NCBI RefSeq assembly: GCF_037042905.1
Contig: NC_087245.1
Location: 19,780,001 to 19,840,000 of the forward strand
DNA length: 60,000 nt
Direction of reading: 5' to 3'
Source: Lytechinus pictus
Lineage: Eukaryota
This document shows, piece by piece, positions 23,873-38,199 of this stretch. The translations under genes were made by a program, and so were the position numbers. The notes below the pieces were generated by a model. The model was given only the letters and a program-made list of their open reading frames with translations. It searched no databases and was not told where the DNA came from. Numbering within the stretch: position 1 is the first letter of the stretch; the number at the start of each line of letters is the position of its first letter.

Positions 23873-25542
23873 TGTGAACAAATCTACTGCGATGGTGCTT
23901 AGATCGCAGTGCTCGACATCTCATTTTTAGGGCACCCTGTGCACACCTATATACATATTTCTAATGTAGCTTTGGCATCATTATAGACGTGCTATATTAA
24001 TCTAAATTTCTAATGATTATTATTTTGGCGACAGTGAAGGTGGAATAAATCATCGTTCATTTTGAAAAATTCACGCCTTCATGATTTTTCTTTCAAACTC
24101 CAGTATAATACATTCAAAATTGGTGAAGGGAGGGGAGTTTTTCCGACACGTGTAATTGCGTCCCGACTTGAATGCGCAGAAAGTGAAAATTGGGCACAAA
24201 GAGAGTCAGAAAGAAATGGAATTAGGACCATATTAATCGAAAAAGGACGAAATGACAGTTATTATTTTTTTTGTATTTCCTGTTGCTATTATGTTTATAA
24301 TGGTTAAATTTCATTTAAATTAAAATAATTATTCATGTTAATATTATTTTGTTTAACATTTTCCTTGCAAATCTGCTGATTCATATTTCGCAATGTTGTG
24401 GCATAAGCAAAAAGACCGAACAATATAGGAAATTTAATTATGGTGAGAGATTTTCTTTAAACAACGATATGTAAATTCAATGTATATGATTTTAATCACG
24501 TGTTTGATGAATATTAAACAAGAAAATAAGACGAAAAGTTGCCCTTTTCACTTCCTTTCTTCTAAAATAATATTGCATATCTAATTTTGGCCTATACATA
24601 TATAGATTAGATGCATGACTGTTATTACTGTTATTGAATCTTATCAATTGGTGTAATGTGGATTTCCCTGAAAGTATATTCCACATTTTTGTCAGTGGAG
24701 ACACATTTTAATAATCAGGAATTAATTTTGGTCAAAGAGTCACAAGTGTTACATGTTGAAAAATACATTCTTAAAATGTTTGGCAAATCAAGTTGGCCAA
24801 TATTGTTTGTTCGTTAAAAAATATAATTATGGGCAATTACAATTTTTAGTGGGCAATTCTGTTTGTGCATATTTGTAAATGTTGTGAAATACTTTGTGGG
24901 GTAATAGAGAAATATATTAAAATTCAAATAAATATCAATGTTTCAAGAAAAGTGAAAGCGTAAAGTATTATTTTTTACAAATATTTTTTTCCATACAGAA
25001 ATGTTTTGAACGGAATGCTCGGCATATTATAATATGTTTTCTAGACATAAGTCTTCTAGTCATATGTTATAGCCCTGGAATAAGGATTACATTAAATTTA
25101 CTAAATAACCATTGCCGAATAAATGCAACATACTCTCAGGTTGAAATCCATTTTATTGTGACTTATGGTATAAAGTATACTCGTGTGATTATCGTAGTTC
25201 AAGTTTCAACTTATACTATATAATCTTAAGTTATGAAGCTATATATGAGATCCTAAGATTTAGTTGGAACTTCAAAGTTTGCCCAGTAGTTGGGTAAAGT
25301 CTAACGGGTTACCAACTGATGGACAATTATATACTGCCCAACCGCATGATATATCGATTACTAAATATTAGTTGGGCAAATTTTAACCAATAGTTGCATG
25401 GACATTATATGATATCCATTGTTGGTAAGAAAAATTTGCCCAACTATTTTACGAAAGTAGGCAAATAAATTTCCTTCGGTTATAATCCTACAGAAAAAAA
25501 CATGATATCCTGGATTATGAAATACTTGCTGCTGCCACTACT

Positions 25543-25880
<338 letters not shown>

Positions 25881-28368
25881 ATGCGGTCTTCCTTTTTAAT
25901 TTCTACATGCACCCGTGCAAGTTGGTGAGGCACAAGCCCTTTGTCTACTTTAATACTCATCAATATTTCCTAGAAAATGGTTATTGTATGATATTTTCAA
26001 TATATAAATCGCGTGGGAGGGCAAAAACAAATACATATATTCATTTAGTTAGTGCTCTGTTGACTTCATTACCAGATTGTTAGTCATCATTTTCATTTTG
26101 ATTTTTTTTTTTAAGTAAGAGGGAGAAAGAGAAAGGAAAGAATGGTAGGGGAAAGTAAGCCAAGGAGAGTCGGACGAACGAAGCCATAAGTTAGTTGGAG
26201 AATTGCCTTGCGAACGAGACCTCATCTTTCAGACGTCGACACGTAAATCCAAGATGACGTATTTCTCGTGTGAGATACAATGTAGTCTTAAAATACAGAC
26301 CAAATATTCGTTATATTCCCATTATCCTCAAGATCACCATGCACCGGCCTGATCAGCCTATTCGTCGACATGGTTTTCGAATTTCAACTGTCAGGGTTCA
26401 TGGGAGTAGAAATATTATGGAAAACCTATTTTTCGATAGGACTAACGTATTATTACGAAAAAAAATAAAGGGACATTCTGTCGTCACATAGGCTAATTAT
26501 CATTGATGATGTAGTGACACATGGTTCAGAACAATGTAAATATAAGGTTTAGTGCTTATTAGGTTAGGAGGTTAGCTTTTATATTTAACTTAACGTGTGG
26601 ATTTTCAATTGGAGTAATTGTCGCGGAACAGATGCCATATGGAACCGGTATTTATACCAGTTCTAAAACGTCCATGTTGGGTGTGTCATCCTGCATTTTT
26701 TTATAAATCTGTTGTGTTTAAATAGAATTCAAACCAAAATTAACTTAGAGTGAAATAGTTTTGGGGTATTTTTCACTTTTAGATTTTACTCATAGTCTGT
26801 TTGTTATTTCCGTTTTAAAATAGCGTTATCTTGGTCTCTATGTTTGAGTGGCTAATCCCTGTTAAGTACTTTCTTTAATCGACGAATCCAAATATGCATA
26901 TTATAAATACGCAAATCAGCTTTTATTAAACTTTTTTTTTAGTGTTTTTTTTTTGTTTAGTTTCAAATGTTATTTTAGTAATACATGACCCTAATCAGCG
27001 AGGGGGGCAAGGTCAATTGCACTATACCATAACTTTTGGAAACCTATCCTTTTTATGCTTCAAATCATTCCTTTCTTTGAACCCGAAAAAATCCATTTTA
27101 CCTGTAAAAACTCGACTGTTTCGCTCCCTCGCTTACCTTTTTTTCATGTACTCTTGCTCCCCCGGAAAAAAATTGCCTATATACCTTTGCATTAATTGTG
27201 TCAAAGTAATGCATGGCTGCAATGAAAGAATCCAGTATCCATAAAGTTATTATATCCTACATGAGTTGCAGCAAATGTCATTGCAACCACCCTCTTAAAT
27301 TAAATAAACTTTAAAGCTATAGTATTTTGTAACTGGTTCGTAGGATTATGACCTCACTGACATGTTGATTCACTGTGTCTGTAGCCAGCATTTATTTTTA
27401 ATTTGTCACATCAAAATTATCACCAAAGAATACCTCAATTCTGTTCATGCAGGGAGTCGGGAATTCTCTCTGATTATCAAAGCGTAATCATATTATTTTA
27501 TCAAATCATTTAGGCGGAGATCCCCTTTCAGGCCATATATCAGTTGTGTCTTTATGACATTTTTTTTCATTTGTGAGGTGTATAGTTGACTCACATGTCA
27601 CCCAAACTATAGGAACAACCATCTTTTGGTATGCAGCCTCGCAATCTTGCATGATTTATGACAGATTTGTATTTTTGTAGAAGTAACATGGATGGATGGT
27701 CATTGCTTAACACTTCATGTACTTGGATACCAATGATGCTTTAGCTTGAAACTATAAACGAGTAACATCCATAACAGTAACACCCGAAACATACTCGTTT
27801 GATTTTCATTATTTTATACTCGGATAATGGTGCATGATTTCTTTAAGATTTTGTTTGTAATAACGTGGGCGGGTGGCTATCGGGTGTCCAGTCATTCTTC
27901 AGCTTGAAAATGCAAGCAATTGGTTAATACCCATAACATTAACATCCGATACACAATCATTTGTATTTTTTTGTTATAATATATTCGAATATATCGAACA
28001 TGTGATGATTTTGTTTGAGCAATTATAACAGGGGCATGCGGCTTATATTTCAAATACAGGAATGCAAGTTATGTATAATTTAAAAAAAATGATACCCCAA
28101 TTTTTACGATATGTTAAAAATGACAAATCATCCACATCACACAAGGCATGTTATATTCCCTTGTTGAAATATCAGACTTCACATTAATCAGTAAAATATT
28201 CTGATGGGGCGATTACTTGGACTGCAATACCAGTTGATATGAAAATGTGCCCAGCTATTTTGCGTCATCCAAACGAAAATATATATATATAAAAACTCAT
28301 GAAGGAATCCTAAAAATATATGTAGTAGGCCTATAGATTTTACACCTGAGAATTACACATAACCCCCC

Positions 28369-28388
28369 CACACACACACACACACATG

Positions 28389-28450
<62 letters not shown>
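28369..28450 (+). repeat. Compound (CA)n-(CT)n-(TA)n microsatellite
   Basis: Directly visible. Confidence 0.95.
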
Positions 28451-28609
28451 TGTGATGAGGCCAACTCAAAAGATGACGCAGGACACCATTTTAGCTTATT
28501 AATCTTTTGAGTTGGCCTCTTCACAATATGTTTCATACTCACACCTCAAGAGCGTTTGATACAAGTAAACTTGTCATCACATTATATATATATAAATATA
28601 TATATCATA

Positions 28610-28764
28610 CAGTGCGTATCAATAAAAAGTTTACACTTTTTATATCGTCATTTGCTTAAAGAGATCTGTACCATTGTTTAAATGTGGAAAAAGCTTCAGA
28701 ATATCATAAATATAATAATCTTACAGGATTATTTCCAAGTGTAAACTTTTTTTTAAACGCACTG
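28610..28764. mobile_element. Tc1/mariner MITE
   Basis: TA|CAGTGCGT..AAAAAGTTTACACTT ... AAGTGTAAACTTTTT..ACGCACTG|TA. Confidence 0.8.
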
Positions 28765-30120
28765 TATCATGGAGCCCAGATTTTACGAAAGGCAAATGGT
28801 CTCTGCGTCTCCCCCATATTTTTGTTTTCATAGTCTTATTCGTTTTTCCTTGTTATTAAAACTTTTAGAGGATCCCCTCATTTCCCTACACGCTTAATAG
28901 TATTTTATACAAGCTTTTGTTATATAATCATGATAAGGTAAAATTGATCTTGTACTCGTACTTTGATTTGTATCTGTTTTTTATTTCTATTTGTCATGGG
29001 AATGAAATAAACTTTTTGAATCTTTTATTTTACTGATTGTATCCGGATTGTATGTATTCATTATAGGCCTAAGATTTAGTTACGTCTTGTCAGTCTACAT
29101 GTAAGAACTTTCTTTAAAAAATATAATGCTGTTGACGTGGAAATAAAAATTTTTTTTATGGAATTATCAATCATCTTTAATCCTATTAATATCTTAACAT
29201 TTGTGATGATTTATTTCCGTTCTTATTACGCCACTGGCTGTTTCGATCACAGGACAAGAGTGTCGCAAGTGGACTTTCCTCCCAATCAAAGTTTGAAACC
29301 ATAGCCTACAACGAACCAGGTATGTCATTTTATATCGCTCCACTCTAAGGGCGGAGAATCTACACGTGATCTCGGGCTCGATTGCGTTTACGCTATACCA
29401 AGTTACATCTCGAGCGCACGTGAGCACTGCCAATCTGGGCGAAGTTTAGTTCGGGTTGCAAACTGTGATACAAAATAATATAGATACAGCAACGTGACAA
29501 TGGACACACGTGTACCTTTACTAATCTCGGACGAAAATAAAACAGTAATTTTATGTAATTCCTTAGGCGATTATGCACAGAGAAATGGAAGGCCAAAAAA
29601 AAAAGAAGAAAAAGTGAAAATGCAGCGCGCTTTTCCGAGACTTGAACCTCAGCTGTAGCTGAGATATTCTGGGTATACCATGCGATCCTTAATCTCGATC
29701 CCCCGCGCAGCTCAATTTCTACAAAATATCATAGGTGACCCGCTTTTGATAAAATAGGTACAAGACATGTTTACGACAAAGTTTGCCCATAGCTCCATGG
29801 TTTGCCAGTTTTTCCCCACTCAACCGGAAGAATTGATGTCAGTACAAAGAAAGGCAGACGATTTTGGTTGGAGTTAAAAATTCGCCTGCTTAATTAACAC
29901 ACCAGTCCCAAAGTTGAGCTCTTATCATGCATCGTAAGGAAACCCCCGCCCCCCGCTCGTTCGATTAACGAAAATGCGAAAACGTTTGCATTTTATCAAA
30001 CTAATGGCTCATAAAAGGAGTCTAAAATAAAACAAAGATTTAAATGGGCATATTCAAAGTTATAGACCAAACAAAAACATGGAACTACTTTTTCCTGGCG
30101 TCTTCGCCCTTGTATTAAAC

Positions 30121-30400
30121 ACAAGAGTGTCGCTGGGGCGAGCACATAATACACCCGCCTGTAACGCGGAAAGTGTAGTTATTATTCAAGAAAAAATGGG
30201 AGGTGGTGACTTGACCTTTGGACCTCAAAATCAATAGGCTAACTGGGATCCGCGGCTGGTATCATACACACCAAATCATATGAGCCTATAGGTTAAGTTA
30301 AACTGAAGTTATCGCGTTTACAAAGATAAGTCAACGGACGGACAGACAGACAGACACCGAGTGTGATACCATAATACATCCCGTAGGACGGGCGTATAAA
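30121..30400 (+). mobile_element. Helentron-associated (DINE-1/HINE-like) non-autonomous element
   Basis: ACAAGAG start, TGACCTTTGGACCTCAAAATCAATAGG core, (GACA)n tract, 3' hairpin CCCGT-AGG-ACGGG followed by TATAAAAA. Confidence 0.65.
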
Positions 30401-31027
30401 AACCTTTATCCTACACATTTTACGTAGACCTTAAAATCTAACAGTGATTGTTTTGTGTTTTCTCTGAATCACTATACAAAGAAGTCCACATCTAACATAG
30501 ATCTCTTTTGCGAATTTAATACCGATTGGCCGATAATTATGACCACCCCGATTCCTCTCACAAAACCAAACACTCTTGTCTTCCTGTTTCTATATTGGGG
30601 ATAACTCCTTTCTACTGCATCAACGCGAAGCTGTTATAACCAACTAAATATGAACAGCAAATTATTTCAAAAGAAATTGAAGTTTATGAATGAATTGGTA
30701 AATAGACCCAAACATGTTATCATATCCGGATATAATTAGCCAATTTCATGTCCATTTGATGGTAAATGTTTATTTATACCATACAACAAAGAACACCTCA
30801 TATGAGAAAACACTGTGCAACTCCTCATTTCCTCTTACACTCTTCTACTCTTTCTCTCTGTCACGCAATTATAAAAACAATAAGACAAATGTCACACATA
30901 GTATTACAGTATTACTATAATTACTTTAATTACAAATAATAAAAAAGGTTTCATTTAATTAATTTATACAGATATATACAATTAAGATTACATAATCAAA
31001 AGTACACATGTATTAAGTCCATTCCGA

Positions 31028-31197
31028 ACTGGTCAAAGCGGAAAGAAATTTACCGGATTTTGATCACTGGTCAAAAGCGGAAAGAAATTTACCAGATTGT
31101 GACCACTGGTCAAAGCGAAAAAAATTTACCAGATTTTGATCACTGGTCAAAGCGGAAAGAAACTTACCGGATTTTGACCACTGGTCAAAGCAGAAAG
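31028..31197 (+). repeat. Minisatellite, about 38-bp unit x 4.5
   Basis: ACTGGTCAAAGCGGAAAGAAATTTACCGGATTTTGATC recurs at 31028, 31066, 31105, 31142 and 31180. Confidence 0.92.
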
Positions 31198-31321
31198 TAA
31201 TTAACATTAATTTTTACGTATAGGTTTTTTATAATTAGTCATAATGGCTTACCGTTAGGCCTACAGACGACAAAAAATACTCTTGTGCCTTTTTTTTGGG
31301 GGGGGGGTTAAAGTGGAGATA

Positions 31322-31392
31322 GTGGCAGAGGTGGGATTTGAACTCACAGCCTTTCAATCATGAGTCTAATGCTCTGACTACTATGACCACAC
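31322..31392 (-). mobile_element. Decayed tRNA-derived SINE head
   Basis: Minus strand reads GTGGTCATAGTAG (A-box-like) ... GAGTTCAAATCCC (B box). Confidence 0.5.
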
Positions 31393-33600
31393 GAGTGACA
31401 CGATCCATCCTGACTAATTTTCCTCTAAAGCCTTTCATGACCTCTCCCATATAGTAACACCTTTTTCCCCCTCAAGTTCTATTTGTAATTTATTAATCAT
31501 GAATAAAAAGGGAGATGTCATAAGGGGGCAGGGGCAATGGTCTACATGATTTTCCAAGTGCATGACCAAAAAATGGAGGGCGAAGAAAGTGGGTATTATA
31601 TAAAAATACATGGTTGGGTCATAAAATGAATACTAGCATATTATTAATCATTTTCGAGGGGGGAACTGACATGACCTTTATGTCATTTTGCCCCACCCCG
31701 TCCAAATAATCTGGCGCCGTGCACGTAAGTTAATCTATATTTTTATGGCAGAAGACAACCCCATTGATCACCTAATTCCACATTTAGAATTGTATATTAT
31801 TATTAAACAAAAACAGATCAATACTATATACTACTACCTACCTCTTCTTTTGATGACATTACACAACCACCAATACTGCAATAACACTTCTATACTACTA
31901 CTGCTATAGGCGTATTCAAATCTCAAATCCTACCCGAGAAATGGTGTCATAGAAGATCATCACATCGAGCAATCTATCTCCGGGGCCTTGGTTGTCATTC
32001 AAGCATCTTAAATTAATCATTTTATATGCAGAAAATGTAATATTCAATATTAAAAAATGCTAATCATATTGAAGATATTAAGAAGGGGAAAATGACTTGA
32101 AATGCTCATAAATACATTCTAGAATCAGCATTTGAAAACTACCCTAATATTCTATTTCAAAAAGTTATATTCGTTTAAAAATGAAGATACTTGGCTTTTT
32201 GACATTAAATTTTCGTTTATAAATATGATTTTTATTAAATACCCCTTCTTTTGAATTAGAGTAATTTTTTTTTAGAGCATAATAAGGCTTGTTTCACGAA
32301 GTCAGACTCCTTTGTGACAAGCCCATGCACCCCACCTCCAAGTAGGCCCCTAGAGGGGCCTAATGTGACGCCTATTTGATTTTTGTTATCATTATTAATT
32401 CAGAATGATATACATATCATTCTGAATTAATAATGATAATAAAAAATCAAATAGGCGTCACATTAAACTTCTATTGACAATTTTATAAGGAAGAAGAAAG
32501 TGATGAATTTCGAAAAATATTGAATACTATCTTTTGAGACCTTGTACATAGAATAACTTCTTCATTATGAAAATATTTCAAGTTTTATACATTGATCATA
32601 GACTACTAGAGGAACTGATGAATGTGATTTCCCATAGTCTATGTGAGTTTTATGAAATAAAATACAAAAGAATTCACAAGTTTTGGATGTCTTCTGTCTT
32701 CATTTATCATGTTTTATCATGCTTATATGCATAGCCCCTGTATTGTGTTGTGTTAAATGAAATCGTGGTGACTAAACGTAGGATACCTCGAAAATTTATG
32801 ATAGGAAAGTGAGCATTAGCTGTCAATGGTTCGTTCCCCCACCCCCTATATCTCTCTTTTCTCTCTCAATTTCATTGGAAAGTCACGTAAATCGAGAATC
32901 ATTCGCACCCAAAACAGTCCAGGTAACGCGTGTAAAACGCGGTTCGTCAAACCATACATAGACAGAAAGGTTAACCAAATCAACATGTAACTGCATTGTG
33001 ATAATTTTTTACGTTGAAAAATATTGAATTTACGAGCAATTAGCATCTCTGAAATGGGAAGAAAATCTGAAAAGAGAACGTTGGAATTTTATTTTCCAGA
33101 GCCATGTGTCAATACGGTCACGTGTCACATGATTCATTGTCAACACTCTCCAGTTTCAATAGGACTTCTTAAGGCCTTATCTATATATATCCTCATTAGT
33201 TGTTTTTTTTTATCTTGCACCGTTACATGCACTCATCTTTCCTCACACACGCTTTGTCATTAAATTCAGTATTTTGCTCAAGGGCATTTGTCCCTTAGTG
33301 GAGAAAACGTAGGTCTTTACTAATGCCTCTGGTCATCCATTCCTAGTGGGTATCGAACCCCGAATCTTGTATTTAAAAATCATTCTATTATCATCCAACC
33401 AACTACAACAGGGGGCGGGTACAACGAAGCAGCAACATTTTGTTCCATCTATATACCCCCCCCCCCTTTTTTTTGGGGGGGGGGGTGCGATAGGTCTATT
33501 TATGGAAAGACCGAACAAGACTATTTATTGTTCATTGTATTGTTTTATTTTATAGAAATCCGTGGGCCGGAAGGAGTGGTTCTACAAAAGAAACTCTACT

Positions 33601-33681
33601 GATGATAATCTAATGCAAAATATTAATTGTGGAGTCCCACAAGGCAGTTTGTTAGGTCCTTTGTGTTTTATAATCTATGTT
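33601..33681 (+). mobile_element. Non-LTR retrotransposon (CR1/L2-like) reverse transcriptase fragment
   Basis: Translates DDNLMQNINCGVPQGSLLGPLCFIIYV, the GVPQGSxLGPLLF motif of LINE RT. Confidence 0.8.
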
Positions 33682-34883
33682 GAGGTAAATTGTGGCAGGA
33701 ATTAATAATCCTTTGAAACGATTTTACTCTGTAAACTGCTTGCCAGGTAAAAAAAAAAACCTGGTTACGATATCGAAGACCGTTAGGTGATAACGTGATA
33801 CACGATTTACAAGAATTTGCAAATCATTATTATTATACAAGCGAATTTATTTCGTTCATATTTTTCAGCAGATCATGAGTCTGAAAATTAATTATAGTAA
33901 TCCGTATATTGAGCATTTAAAAGTTACACATGCAAAATAAGATCTAATACACTGTCTCTGAAGCTCATAAGCTCTTACTTTCCATTAATATTTTGTCGAA
34001 AGTTAATAGTTTATAAATTTTCCCACCTGCAAGTACATTGAATTTATTTGTGTTACCGTTGATAACAAGCTTTCATAGAAACAGCATAAGTACCTGTAGG
34101 ACTATTTCGAGGAACATTGGCATATTCCAGAAATTGAAATAGCATTTTTCCTTCTTTTCTCCACTCGTTTGATTCAACTTTGATAGAATTGAACAATGAG
34201 ATACATGCTTGGGGCAATACCCATCAGGTGGGAAAATTTATGAACTATTAACTTTCGACAAAATATTCTTGGAAATACAAGGAGAAGACCACCTTTCAGC
34301 AATATACCCATGGAAGAATAGAGTAATTTATGTCGATAACTCTGAAATTGGCAATCCTTCCGATTATTTTATTTATTTTATCTATTCAACTTGCAGACTA
34401 CAATCGGGTGAACAGGTTAATACACCTATCCGTGTTTTTTTCTGGGTTTGTTTGTTTAATCGTTTGTTTATTTATTTTCCTATTATTAAAAAACACAATA
34501 CATAAATGTATATAACATAAATAAATAACATAAATGGCATCAATTGAAATAAACAAAATGAATTGCAAATATGTTGAATAGATAAAATAAATAAAATAAT
34601 CGAAAGGATTGCCCATTTCAGAGTTATTGACATAAATTACTCTGTTCTTCCATGGGTATATTGCTGAAAGGGGGTCTTCTCCTTGTATTCAATAATAGGT
34701 GTATTTAGCCTGCCTCAATCAAGAGAATACCCGTTCAATTTCTTCTTGATTGGTCATTTCATGATTGCCCAACAAGACAATCCATTTAATTTCACCTCAC
34801 GACGTTTGAAAACGTTCTGGGATAGTACATTGAACTTATTGATAATGAAAATTATAAAGCCATCGTCTAAGTCTAAGTAAGTG

Positions 34884-35240
34884 GAGGAGCCGTGGTGTAG
34901 TGGTTCTGACTCTCGCCTTGTAAACAGAGGGTCGTGTGTTCGAATCCCACCGCGGTCAGGCGTCCTTTGGCAAGGCGTTAATCCACACTTTGCCACTCTC
35001 GACCCAGGTGCTAAATGGGTACCCGGTAGGATGTGAAAGTCATTGTAGCTTGTCCAGTACTGTGTGCGCCTCACCGGGGACTGACTGGAATACTCCCCAG
35101 GGAGTGGAGGATGTGCACACATTGTGTGCGGGAATGACTGAGTGAATCCGATGACCGGGGTAATAATATATCTGTAAAGCGCTTAGACACGTCGTTCCGA
35201 TGTATTAAGCGCTATATAAAAAACGGATTATTATTATTAT
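34884..35240 (+). mobile_element. Full-length tRNA-derived SINE
   Basis: A box TGGTGTAGTGG (34893-34903), B box GTTCGAATCC (34938-34947), core CTCGACCCAGGTG..AATGGGTACC, 3' TGTAAAGCGCTT..AAGCGCTATATAAA and (ATT)n tail. Confidence 0.88.
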
Positions 35241-36184
35241 AAGTATTCAAAAATAAAACAGAACATTTTTTGCTAAAAATACACAAAGGTTGTCATGACT
35301 AATTTTACCCAATCAATTGCTTTTTATTTCACATACTCCAAAATGAATGCTTATTTACTGATCATCTTAATTACCTGTTTTTCGGCCATGATTTATCTTC
35401 ACGGTTTTCTATAACGATTTCTTTGTTTTCCATGCACTACTTTCGCCTGCGAAACATTGCCCTTCAATAAAACAGTCTCTTTTGAGTGTGGGGGTGTGCG
35501 TGTATGTTTGCCATTGTTGCTTTATTCTATGTTAATGTTCTTTATCACACATAAATCTTCGTATAGGCAAATAATAGCTTCTACTCTTTTTGTATTGGGG
35601 AGGTATTCTTATTGTACAACATTTTGAGTGAATTCCCCCCCCCATAAATATGGGGGCGGTGGAACGTATTTTCGTTTTGGATGCAAAGCTAAAAGGACAC
35701 TTATCTCAAAAGAGGCATTGGATGCATTGGATGCAAACATAATTTTCACAATCATTTTATGTTTCTGCTTGAAGTGGATGTGTGTACATCCTTTTTGAAG
35801 GGCATACGGATTAGGCTCTATCTACTATATTCCACGAGCCGGAGCGTCGCCCCGGTCTGCCCCCCCCCCCCCCCTCCCGAAAAGGCCACTGGAAACACAG
35901 TATGAACAAAGCTTCAATTGCTTTCAACCAACTGAGTCAAGTATCTAATCCAATCCATCCTTTGTCAAACAAAATAAAGATTTGTCGTTTTTATATCAAA
36001 TTAAGTTCCATAAAAACACGTCCAATCATGATTATGTCAACTAAAATTCGATTCCCCAAAATGTAGGTTACTTTATAATCATCTCCTGGCTAAAAACGAA
36101 TTTACCAGTTTGCCACATCACGTCATATGCGCCATCTACGTTTAATCATGAAACAGTACGTAGATTGTATTTTCTGTGGTTTAT

Positions 36185-36560
36185 TTCCAATTGGTCTAAT
36201 GCCAATTCGTCTAATTACCAACTCGTTTACTTTCACTATGATTGTTCTGTCGTCATTGGTCCACTATCCACATGGTCTAATTGTCATTTCGTTTACTCAC
36301 CATTTTGTCTAATAACCAGTTGGTCCAATAGCCATTTAGTCTATAAACCATTTGGTCTAATTAGAAAAGTGTTAATTGGGCGAAATGAATGAAAAGAAAA
36401 TTGGTATTAGACCAACTGGTTATTAAAAGAAATGGTCATAGAAAAACTGGTGATTGGACCAAATGGTTACTGGATCAAATGTTTGTTAGACGAAATGTTG
36501 ATGGACGGAATGGCATTAGACCAAATGAGTGGACGAGTTGGCAATGAATGAATTGGCAAA
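36185..36560. mobile_element. Foldback-like repeat of short TTGGTCTAA units
   Basis: The left half has TTGGTCTAA/CGTCTAA units and the right half has their complements TTAGACCAA/TTAGACG. Confidence 0.6.
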
Positions 36561-37741
36561 TTTAACTTTTCTGTGCACCCCCCTCTCTCTTTTATTTTTT
36601 TTTATTTTTTGTACCTGTAGATTAAAAATGATTTCTTTTTCGTAAAAAAATATATTTTTGTCTAAAAAGGGCTTTTATGTTTTAGAGCTATTCAATGATT
36701 TTCTGTAAAGCATACTTGACATAAAAGTCCCACTAGTCGGGTTGATAAAATACAATTGTTTTCTCTGTTTAGATTTATCTATTTCATGATATTTAGACAG
36801 GATGACTCATCATCACCAACGATAGTAGTCTTTCACGAGAACCTGTTAACAATAAAATAAAAATAATAGTAACACAAAATAAACATAATGTAATAAAGAT
36901 CAAGAAAAGCCTGTGTATTAAAACAAACATTGTGTAGGTAATATAGAGGAGCATCGGTCATCATCCATTGAATATCATGATAATGCATTGATAAATATTA
37001 CATATTAATTCCAACAAGTTTTGCTCGTATTACTCAGTGAATAATAATAAAAAATGAACATTTTTTTTCATTCCTTTTTAGATTAAAGTGCACTTTTTAG
37101 CCACCCACATAAAAATATTATCTGTTGTTTATAACCTTAGTGATATACCTTTTATTTGCCCTCTATTCCGTATCTAGGTGACTGTGCAATATGAATTTTA
37201 ATGTTTCCATCGACTGTTTTTTTTTTGAAATGATTTTAAATCATACAAACTAATCTCCGATTCTTTTATAGCTCAGCCTTTATCCCACGCCTCGAGCATT
37301 TCAATATCAATATCGTCACCAGCAGAGCAGCGTATTGATACCTCTGGCTGTATATTATTTTTAGTTTAATATTTTCAATAGTTCAAAATTTACAATAACG
37401 TCAAAACGATTCGCCCCTACAGATTCATTTTTAACATGAAAAAAGATATTTATATGATAGTTACTCGTATAAAAAATAAATAAATAACAAAAATGTGTTA
37501 TTTCATTATCAAAAGCAGACATGAAAATGAGTGAAGTACCAAAAGGGTCTATACTCAAAAAATATTTGGGACATTCTTGAAGTCTCCTTTGTAATATTCT
37601 CCCGCACTGAAAAAAAATGAAAAGAATGTTACATTGCTATTCATCTGAGTTGAAAGATTGTAAGGATTGAAGTGGAAAGAGAATCTAATCTAAAGAGGGG
37701 GGGGGGGCATTTTGTGGATAATCTGGCATTGTATGACCCCA

Positions 37742-37969
37742 CACTGTTAAAAATAATAAACAACGCTGTTTAATATGTGAATCGCACAGTAGTTGTTGAA
37801 ACATTTTAAACAAGTGTTTAAAATCTTAAACAACCATGCTTGAATTATTGATAATTAAATATTTGAATTTAAACTTTGTTTAAGATTTCAAACACTTGTT
37901 TAAAATGTAAAAAAAACTACTGTGCGATTCACATAGTAAACAGTGTTGTTCAAATTATTTTTAACAGTG
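37742..37969. mobile_element. CACTA/EnSpm-like palindromic MITE
   Basis: CACTGTTAAAAATAAT / ATTATTTTTAACAGTG ends, CA on both flanks, and near-complete self-complementarity. Confidence 0.8.
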
Positions 37970-38199
37970 CAAAAATGAATATGAAATCATTGCGCACAAG
38001 AAGGTGCGTATGGATTTTTTGTTTGCTCACACAGAAAAAAAATCAAAACGATAATTCACAAGGCCGTATGCAGAAGTTTGTTTTTCCTGTGGGAGGAGCA
38101 GGATGCGTAAAATATTTCGAAGAAAAGTGAGGGATCAAAGCGACCAAGCTTGTCAGTGGGGCGCTTTTGCATTTTGGAAAGTGAAATTGATGGATTAGG

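Noticed and set aside
21608..23939. Possible Tc1-type element CAGGGTG...CACCCTG
   Set aside because: Only about 7 bp of terminal match, and the right flank is TG rather than TA.
31028..31197. CRISPR-like array
   Set aside because: The units are contiguous with no unique spacers; it is a eukaryotic minisatellite.
34884..34960. tRNA gene
   Set aside because: The A and B boxes continue into a SINE body and (ATT)n tail shared with other copies, and there is no proper cloverleaf end.
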